DNA of 6,387 nucleotides from Zygophlyctis sp. KS116 (lineage: Eukaryota; Fungi; Chytridiomycota): NCBI GenBank assembly GCA_054661495.1, contig BAAFSQ010000441.1, positions 1-6,387 on the forward strand, in the 5' to 3' direction. This document shows, piece by piece, positions 1 to 6,387 of this stretch (positions are counted from its first letter, which is position 1; each line of letters opens with the position of its first letter). Both the position numbers and the translations under genes were made by a program. Under the pieces are notes generated by a model that saw only the letters and a program-made list of their open reading frames with translations, did no database searches and was not told where the DNA came from.

Positions 1-35
1 TACGGAATAATACCAGATTTAAATTTCCCGTTGAT

Positions 36-795
36 ATGTCCAAGGTCGGAAGCCTTGATAATATAAACCACACTCCAAAAGGTGGCGATAAAAAAATCTT
101 TGATGAGAAAGTAAAAGTGAATGCATCGCCAAAAGTAAAAAGTCTAGAGGTAAGATGCATATTGAACCTGATAGTAGAATGCTTCTCATTCGCCGGCTGG
201 CGGGAACGTGACGATTCAAACACAAAAACTGACTTTTAAAGAAACTGCTAAACCAAAGGTTGGATCATTCGATAATGCAAATCATTCTCCTTCTAAAGGA
301 GTAATCAGAGTATTTTCCCAAAAACTGGCCTTTCGAGAGAAAGCAGCGCCAAAAGTAGGCTCATTAGGCAATCTTAAGTATGAGCCTACTGGTGGTGATG
401 TATCTATCCCAACTCAAAAATTGAAGTTTAAAGAAACTGCATCTCCAAAAGTAGGATCACTTGATAATGCAGATCATGTTCCTCGTGGAGGAGATTGTAA
501 AATATTCAAACAAAAACTCAAGTTTAAAGAAACTGCATCTCCAAAAGTAGGATCACTTGATAATGCAGATCATGTTCCTCGTGGAGGAGATGTGATCATT
601 CCTGTCCAAAAGTTAAAGTTTAAGCAAACTGCCGCTCCGAAAGTTGGATCAAAGGAAAATCTTAAACATGTCCCGGGCGGAGGAGTCGAAAAGATATTCT
701 CTCAAAAAGTGGATTTCAATGCAAAGGCTCAGCCTAAAGTTCCTAAAGCCAAATTAAGGGATGAAGAATGCGCTGAAGCAGCAGAAAAGTATTAA
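36..795 (+). CDS. Tau/MAP2/MAP4-like microtubule-binding repeat protein, 7 repeats, ~243 aa; join(36..149,178..795)
   Basis: Removing the 28-nt intron 150..177 fuses ORFs 36..239 and 208..795 and restores a complete repeat (KVKSLE|NASHSPAGGNVTIQTQKL). Repeats such as KVGSLDNADHVPRGG and KVGSKENLKHVPGGG match tau repeat cores (KIGSLDNITHVPGGG, KIGSTENLKHQPGGG), and KLTFKETAK resembles tau R' KLTFRENAK. The frame is open from base 3 to ATG36, so the true start could lie upstream of the window. Confidence 0.88.
150..177 (+). other. Spliceosomal intron, 28 nt, phase 0 (GTAAGA...ATAGTAG)
   Basis: Canonical donor; removal restores the frame and the exact 32-aa repeat register. Confidence 0.88.
424..591 (+). 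repeat. Exact 72-bp direct repeat: 424..495 = 520..591
   Basis: aagtttaaagaaactgcatctccaaaagtaggatcacttgataatgcagatcatgttcctcgtggaggagat occurs twice, 96 nt apart, identical even at synonymous positions. Confidence 0.95.
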
Positions 796-875
796 TAATT
801 TATTTATTCCTTGATCGATAACAACTGATAGTCCCCGTGATAGATTAAATCATCTTCCGCTTCTTAATAATTACA

Positions 876-2494
876 ATGATTAAGATGAATTGTGATAAAG
901 GACCTCTGCTTCCAGTGTCTTCTGATAAGTCAAAAAGAGGAAACTTATGGAAAAGCACTATAATGGTTATGCTGGCCGTATTTGCAGTGACTACTGTACT
1001 ACTCTATCCAATGAAAATGATGCATATCTCAACGTACATGCAAAAGTATTTTTCTGAAGAGGAACTTCTGTCAGGCCTAAAGGGGAAGAATAATATTTTG
1101 CCTCATGTCAGAATTAGTCGTGCATACAGTCACTTAGTAGCACTTTATGATATTGCTAAAACGAACTCAAACTCTAGATCTATATTAAATGGATTTAATG
1201 AATCTGCCATGTATGTTGCTAATACGTTGAAAGAAAACACAGACTATGATGTGGAACTTCAACCTTTTAAAATTGATATTTTTTCTGATGTAAAACCACC
1301 AGTCTTGCAAGTCAATGGGAAAGAATATGACGTAGCTACAGTACAGCATTCTGGATCAGGGACGGTTGTTAATGGGGAAATTGTTTTGATTAAGGGAGGT
1401 TGTGATACTTCTGATTACAGTTTGGTAGAACCCCATCATATTCTATTACTGTTTAAGGAAGGGCCATGTGATTATAAGAATATGCTCCAATTAGGAGCTG
1501 ATAGCAATCCATCTGCTATAATGTTGTATACAAATTTACCAGGATCAGGACCAACTTCTGCCTCTTTGAGAAGAGCTGTTCCTCTACCAGTAATTGGGAT
1601 TTCTCATTATGCAGCACTAGATATTTTTGAAATGATGGTTCTAAATCCTGAAAAAGTGCTTGGAAATATAACCACTCTGACTAAATTTACTACTGCAACT
1701 ACACTAAATGTCATTGCTACTACCAAAGAAGGAGATGATTCATCCGTGATTATTGCTGGCTCTCATCTTGATTCTGTTCCTCAAGGACCTGGAATCAATG
1801 ATGACGGTTCTGGTGCATCTGGTACACTTGAAGTAGCTGTTGCCTTTTATAAGTCTGGACTATCAAAAAAGACTCATCAAAAGGTGAAGTTTGCTTTTTG
1901 GTCTGGCGAAGAGTAATTAGATTCTGAAATTATTAATTCTTAGACTTGGTCTACTCGGAAGTAGTCATTACGTTAAGAATTTATTAGCTACAAACAAGAC
2001 TGCATTATCAAATATTAAACTGACATTAGATAACGATATGATTGCATCTCCAAACTTCATTCGTGTATTTTTATAATTCTTATTTATAGGCCGTATATAA
2101 TGGACGTGGAGCAGAGAATCCAGAAATGCGACTCCCTTCTGGAATTATCCAAGACTTGTTCGAAGAATGGTTTTCATCTCGAGGCCTATCAACTGTAACT
2201 GTTCCTTTTGACGGCCGCTCAGACTATGGACCATTCCTTGAAGTCGGAATACCATCTGGAGGACTTTTTACTGGAGCCGAGCATGTTAAAACTGAAAAAG
2301 AGGCGAAATTATTTGGAGGTTATGTTGGTGTTCCATATGACCCTTGCTATCATCGAGCCTGCGATACGCTTACAAATCTGAATATGAAAGTTATGAAGCA
2401 AAATGTAGAAGCGATTGCAGTTCTAGTTCATCGATTAGCTCATGAAAAGGATTTAAAAGCTCTTTTAGCTGGAAAAAAGACTCTTTGGCCATAA
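876..2494 (+). CDS. M28 family zinc aminopeptidase with PA domain (aminopeptidase Y / SGAP-like), ~520 aa; join(876..1912,1944..2064,2090..2494)
   Basis: M28 motifs in order: GSHLDSV, GPGINDDGSG, FWSGE|ELGLLGS (rebuilt across the intron), DMIASPN, FDGRSDYGPF, GGLFTGAE, YDPCYH. PA-like segment GCDTSDY...GPCDY...K...AIMLY. N-terminal hydrophobic stretch TIMVMLAVFAVTTVLLY suggests a signal or type II anchor. Spliced length is 1563 nt (521 codons). An alternative start is ATG885. Confidence 0.93.
1913..1943 (+). other. Spliceosomal intron, 31 nt, phase 2 (GTAATT...TCTTAG)
   Basis: Removal converts WSGEE* into WSGEELGLLGSSHYV, the conserved M28 catalytic motif. Confidence 0.93.
2065..2089 (+). 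other. Spliceosomal intron, 25 nt, phase 0 (GTATTT...TTATAG)
   Basis: Removal gives DMIASPNFIR|AVYNG, in frame with ORF 2126..2494. Confidence 0.9.
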
Positions 2495-2503
2495 AATTTT
2501 CCA

Positions 2504-3054
2504 ATGAAAATATTCTCATCTGAGGCAGCATTTGAGCATCCCTGGTCTCTATTTACAAGAGCATTATGGAAAAAGTATCCTAATCCATTCTCATCTCATG
2601 TACTCTCTTGCGATACTTTGGATTGTAGTGTAGATCCGACAACAGGTAACAACCCAATGGTAAATTGTTAGGAATTCTAAAGACTACTCGCCTCATGGTT
2701 AAAAGGGGGAAAATTCCCTCATGGGGATCAATGTTTTTAAACAATCGGGATGCATATGTGATTGAATTCTCAACTGTGGATCCTAAATCACAAACAATGA
2801 CCACAATCACTAGAAATTTATCATATACAAAGCTAATGCTAGTCCAGGAAACTAGTATAATAACATCACAGAATGATACAACCTGTGTAAAAACATTGGC
2901 AGAAATAGTATCTAATACAGGGTCAAGCTGGATAAGATCTAGGATAGAAGGATTTGGATTGTCAAAATTCAAAAAGAACTTTCATACCTCTAGTTTAGGA
3001 GTTTTGCATGTGGTCGAATGTCTCAAATCTAGAGACTCTATTTCTAAAGTATAG
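2504..3054 (+). CDS. PRELI/MSF1-domain mitochondrial intermembrane-space phospholipid transfer protein (Ups1-like), 174 aa; join(2504..2645,2672..3054)
   Basis: Exon 1, missed by the ORF track, reads MKIFSSEAAFEHPWSLFTRALWKKYPNPFSSHVLSCDTLDCSVDPTT(G) with the hallmark KYPNP..HV...D. Exon 2 has ILKTTRLMVKRGKIPSW (cf. Ups1 RTTRLLKKSGKLPTW), E.S.VDP...M...TRNL and RIEGFGLSKF. Confidence 0.92.
2646..2671 (+). other. Spliceosomal intron, 26 nt, phase 1 (GTAACA...TGTTAG)
   Basis: Removal gives VDPTTGILKTTRL, matching the PRELI family pattern. Confidence 0.9.
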
Positions 3055-3055
3055 C

Positions 3056-3086
3056 AACAGACTCTGTTAAACGCGTGTCGTTTAAC
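3056..3086. promoter_or_regulatory. Two overlapping dyad elements in the PRELI-YHM2 spacer; contains ACGCGT (MCB-like)
   Basis: AACAGA-c-TCTGTT (3056..3068) and GTTAAACG-cgtgt-CGTTTAAC (3066..3086) are perfect inverted repeats, with ACGCGT at 3071..3076. The regulatory role is inference only. Confidence 0.35.
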
Positions 3087-3097
3087 CTTTTCAGCAA

Positions 3098-4049
3098 ATG
3101 GTCGCAATAGAGTCAACTTTTAGCTCTGATGGAATTCAAAAGAAACCGATTTCTCTTAATAATTTAGCTATTGGAGCAGCTTTAAATATTTTTGAGGTGA
3201 GCACTCTGGGACAGCCTTTTGAAGTGAGTTTTATATAATTGAGAAAAGGTTGTTAAAACACAAATGGCTGCAGCAAGGAAGCTGACGATGCCTAACGCTA
3301 TCTCAACTATTTGGAGTAGAGGAAGATTTTGGGGATTTTATCAAGGCCTGGTTCCTTGGGGATGGATTGAGGCTTCGACAAAAGGATCAGTATTGCTATT
3401 TGCTACATCAGAGCTGGAATACAATTTAAGAGTTGCAGGATTCTCACCTGGAGAAGCTGGAATTTTGGGAGGTATGGGAGGTGGATTGGCACAAGCGTAT
3501 TCAACAATGGGATTCTGTACTTTTATGAAAACAGTCGAGGTTACTAGATCCAAAGGAGGAGATACTGTTCCTAGATCATCTATACAGATTGCTCGTGAAA
3601 TTTGGTCAAAGGAAGGATTTGCCGGGATTAATAAAGGAGTTAATGCAGTTGCAGTTCGACAAATGACTAATTGGGGTTCAAGATTTGGTTTATCTAGAAT
3701 GGCTGAAGATTTAATTAGAAATTATGTTAATGGGAATGATCCTGAAAAGAAGAATGCAGCTCTATCTTCTTCCCAACGTATTCTTGCATCTGCTATTGGA
3801 GGTGGATTATCATGTTGGAATCAACCGATTGAGGTTATTAGAGTTGAAATGCAATCACAAATAAAATCTCCAGGAAGGCCAGATAAGTTAACAATAGTTT
3901 CTGCGGCTAAATGGATTTATCAAAATAATGGATTAAAAGGGTTCTATCGTGGAGTAACTCCAAGAATTGGACTTGGAATATGGCAAACAGTCTGTATGGT
4001 GTTTGGTGGTGATTACGTCAAGGCATATTTCAATAAAACTTCCAAGTGA
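3098..4049 (+). CDS. YHM2: Mitochondrial citrate/2-oxoglutarate carrier Yhm2 (SLC25 family), 308 aa; join(3098..3223,3249..4049)
   Basis: Exon 1 reads MVAIESTFSSDGIQKKPISLNNLAIGAALNIFEVSTLGQPFE, continuing VVKTQMAA. Yhm2-specific strings: YQGLVPWGWIEASTKG, TMGFCTFMKTVE, GINKGVNAVAVRQMTNWGSRFGLSR, WNQPIEVIRVEMQS, YRGVTPRIGLGIWQTV. Confidence 0.95.
3224..3248 (+). other. Spliceosomal intron, 25 nt, phase 0 (GTGAGT...GAAAAG)
   Basis: Removal restores the carrier signature PxExxKT (QPFE|VVKT). Confidence 0.92.
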
Positions 4050-4075
4050 ATATCTCCGAGTTGTCTGATCTATTC

Positions 4076-6367
4076 ATGCCAAAGATACAAAGCAGTAAGA
4101 CTGAAAGAGAATCCAAGGATTTACCACGGCATAAGAAACCAATCCAATTTAGAGTAGATAATATTCCTTTTGAGTTTCTAAACGGCGAAGAAGAATCAAG
4201 ATCAGTCTTTGTTTCTAAGCACATTAATGCAAAGGGAGAAAAGATTATATTAAGAAGAGATCATCATCATACGGTCAAGAGAGCAGTGATTCAGCCGCAT
4301 ATAATGCCATGGTCTCAATTAAAAAAGGTTATTACCAGAGATTACTTGAGGATACCATATATGGCTAAACAAAAAGATAATGGGGAATCTGTACCGATGC
4401 AGGATTACTTTGATAATCTCGTCAATATTAATTCTGGTCCTTATCCGATAACCGTACCATATGGATTTCAGATATTGAAAAAGATGAAACGAGTTAAAAC
4501 GCCATTTCGTGATGTATTTTACTTACAATCCTCAAATACATTTGCTGCATTGGATTCTCAGGCATTCAATTTCTGGAAAAGTAATAATCGAGTGATGGAA
4601 GTACCTTTAATACGCACTGGAGCAAACGGCACGAATCAAAATCTGACCGGAATAACCATTTGGACATATATTGATCAATATCAAATAAATGTTGTTGCCA
4701 TGAAAAACCTGCAAATTAAAATCTTGGATTCTCATTTTATGGAATTAAGTTCGACATTAACTTCAAAACCAATTCTTTGTTTTGAATTCTCAAGTAGAAA
4801 AAATGAGCTGATTACAGGAGAGGTGGGATCTATCAAGTTTTGGACTATTAAAGTGAAAAAAATCAATTCAAAGTTATCATATTCTCTTGAACAGAGGTTT
4901 GAAATAAGTGACTTTAGTCAAGGGGAATGGATAAACTGTTTAAAGTACGATCCTTCATTCAATCGCCTTTTTGTAGGCTGTGATAACTCTTTGCGGGTTT
5001 ATGAATATGAATCAGGAGACCTATTTGAAACTATTCGTAATGTTCACGACCTGTCTTTTACTTGCCTGGAATATTACGAACCTAGCGAATGCATTATTAC
5101 TGCAGGGAAGGATGGATGTATCAAGATTTGGAATAGAAACAGATTGGTCTACAATTTTACTGAACATTTCAATGCTGTCACAGCGATAACTCTGATGGAA
5201 GAGGCATGTCATGCCCTGCCTGGTTCGATGCCTTTACTTTTGTCATCTTCTTTAGACGGCACTGTTAGAATGTGGAATTTTGATACTGGGCAATGCTTGC
5301 AAAGGTATTTATTTTGGTCTAAATCTTAAGATACGATTTTGGTCCAGCTATTCTTAAAATTCATTTTTTTAAAAAAAATCATGTGTATATTGTTTCCTCG
5401 AATGAAATTTCTATCATTGGAGTCAATACATTTCAATCATTATTTTCTTTTTTCAGGTAAATTTTATATTTTAATGATAAAAAGATCAACACCTTCTACC
5501 ATTGAAAGATTTGAAAATTCAAACAGTGGCAAAAATAGAATAGTAACCGCATGTTCTGATCGAAGCGTCAGAATTATTTCCCCTGTTTCTGGAAATACTG
5601 TTCTCACGCTGTTTCCTTCTGATAAAGACTTAAAATTGAAGCAGATTTCCTATAATATGGACTGCGATAGATTATTTTACCTTTGTACAAATGGAGATAT
5701 TATATTATACGATACTTCCACATCGCCTGGAAGAATAATAGAAATTTTAGAAAGCTCTCAATTTTATCGAATTAATTGCTTGTTTTCAATATCTAACAAT
5801 ATGGACTCGTCTGAATTATCGTGTTTTAGGGGAAATTCTTTTCGATTGGTAGTGGGAACAGATGATGGGCAAATAATAATTCTTTCCAACGGAAAAACGG
5901 AAACATATGTTCAGGTATTTGAAATTATTTATTTTCTAGGCACATTTAGGAAAAGTCCTTCGGATTTTTCATGATAAATCAAGGAGTTGGGTCATATCTG
6001 TCGGCTCCGATGGTGTTATTAAGTCCTGGAAGCTTTTGCTACGATCTTTTGAAACACCTCCAGAACTCACATGCATGCATACGTATACATTCATGTACGA
6101 TTCCGTTTCTCCTCCATGTTTTGGCATATCTTATGCAGCAGGAAAGTTGGCTATATCATTCTATGGATCAGTGATAATAATTGACTTTGTGAACCAGAAT
6201 TGTAAATCCAACATATTTAAACGATTAGTGATTTCTTCCAGTCAATACATAAAAGAAAACAATTTGACTATCACCGATATCGCACGACTTGATACGCTTT
6301 CAATATGGGCAACAGCAAGTGTTGATAACTATGTGAGGATCAGAGACGATTATGGCTCTATTATTCG
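4076..6367 (+). CDS. Large WD40-repeat protein, WDR97/WDR87-like, 3'-partial; join(4076..5304,5331..5456,5485..5914,5940..6367), >737 aa
   Basis: WD repeats: VH...IITAGKDGCIKIWN, EHFNAVT...SSSLDGTVRMWN, TACSDRSVRIISPVSG, QAHLGKV...ISVGSDGVIKSWK, WATASVDNYVRIRD. The exons join in frame through three GT-AG micro-introns. The last exon is open to the window end, with a probable donor at 6368. The WD40 call is firm; the subfamily assignment is from recollected similarity and is tentative. Confidence 0.82.
5305..5330 (+). other. Spliceosomal intron, 26 nt, phase 2 (GTATTT...CTTAAG)
   Basis: Skips the TAA at 5327 and gives GQCLQR|YDFGPAILKIHF in an open 126-nt exon. Confidence 0.78.
5457..5484 (+). 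other. Spliceosomal intron, 28 nt, phase 2 (GTAAAT...AAAAAG)
   Basis: Skips the TAA at 5458 and joins LFSFFR|STPSTIERF into the frame of ORF 5339..5974. Confidence 0.78.
5915..5939 (+). other. Spliceosomal intron, 25 nt, phase 0 (GTATTT...TTCTAG)
   Basis: Gives TYVQ|AHLGKV, the start of a WD repeat, and opens a frame running to the window end. Confidence 0.88.
6202..6228 (+). other. Possible frame-preserving 27-nt intron (GTAAAT...GATTAG)
   Basis: Same donor, size and AT-richness as the other introns, but it is 3n and stop-free, so the reading frame does not require it. Confidence 0.45.
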
Positions 6368-6387
6368 GTTTTTATACACAATAATTA
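6368..6387 (+). other. Probable start of the next intron (GTTTTT...), truncated by the window end
   Basis: GT followed by very AT-rich sequence right after ...DDYGSIIR; no acceptor is visible. Confidence 0.5.

Larger units (their letters stand above)
42..735 (+). repeat. Seven tandem tau-like repeats; KV(G/K)S lysines at 42, 132, 256, 352, 448, 544, 640, with a degenerate KVP at 736
   Basis: Exact 96-nt (32-aa) spacing from 256 to 736. The first unit is 30 aa and the second is 32 aa after splicing. Confidence 0.92.

Noticed and set aside
19-225. Minus-strand 68-aa ORF
   Set aside because: Antisense shadow of the tau-like gene with no recognisable motif.
256-735. Regularly spaced repeats as a possible CRISPR array
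   Set aside because: Units are 96-nt in-frame coding repeats with mostly synonymous or conservative divergence and no unique spacers, in a eukaryotic context.
208-795. ORF-track start at GTG208 as an independent gene
   Set aside because: It is exon 2 of the gene starting at or before 36; splicing restores a full repeat.
876-2494. M28 peptidase as a split gene or pseudogene, or TAA reassigned in an alternative genetic code
   Set aside because: Two canonical micro-introns repair the frame and all metal-binding motifs are intact. Frame changes accompany the stops, and TAA, TAG and TGA all terminate genes at expected positions.
2580-2972. Minus-strand 130-aa ORF
   Set aside because: Lies antisense to the well-supported PRELI gene and has no recognisable domain.
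3341-3553. Minus-strand proline-rich 70-aa ORF
   Set aside because: The prolines mirror the GGA/GGT glycine codons of YHM2.
4046-4049. GTGA start/stop overlap resembling bacterial translational coupling
   Set aside because: These are intron-containing eukaryotic genes with no Shine-Dalgarno context; the first in-frame ATG at 4076 is the more plausible start.
4030-5212. Small ORFs 4030..4224(-), 4980..5189(+) and 5021..5212(-)
   Set aside because: Short alternative-frame ORFs overlapping the WD40 exon with no independent support.
5339-5484. Hydrophobic N-terminus of ORF 5339..5974, and the T7A8 run at 5364..5378 as a slippery frameshift site
   Set aside because: This is the wrong frame. The real exon 5331..5456 is in another frame and is joined by GT-AG introns, so no frameshift is needed.
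6071-6099. Cluster of short palindromes (ATGCATGCAT, ATACGTAT)
   Set aside because: Inside coding sequence (TCMHTYTFMY), short, and plausibly due to chance.
5971-6174. Plus-strand 67-aa ORF
   Set aside because: Out of frame with the WD40 exon starting at 5940, which carries clear WD motifs.

Overview
AT-rich, extremely compact eukaryotic genomic DNA, most likely from an early-diverging, probably zoosporic fungus (inference from a YHM2-type carrier, an aminopeptidase-Y-like M28 peptidase and a WDR97/WDR87-like gene). Five protein-coding genes lie head-to-tail on the + strand with only 80, 9, 43 and 26 nt between stop and next ATG. They are interrupted by at least eight tiny GT-AG introns of 25-31 nt, which explain the fragmented ORF track. 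In order: (1) a ~243-aa protein made almost entirely of seven Tau/MAP2/MAP4-type microtubule-binding repeats; (2) a PA-domain M28 aminopeptidase; (3) a PRELI/Ups mitochondrial lipid-transfer protein; (4) the mitochondrial citrate/2-oxoglutarate carrier Yhm2; (5) a large WD40 protein running off the 3' end. The standout is the tau-like repeat protein in an apparently non-animal genome, followed by the micro-introns and operon-like packing. All gene models were read by eye and are unconfirmed by transcripts or searches.
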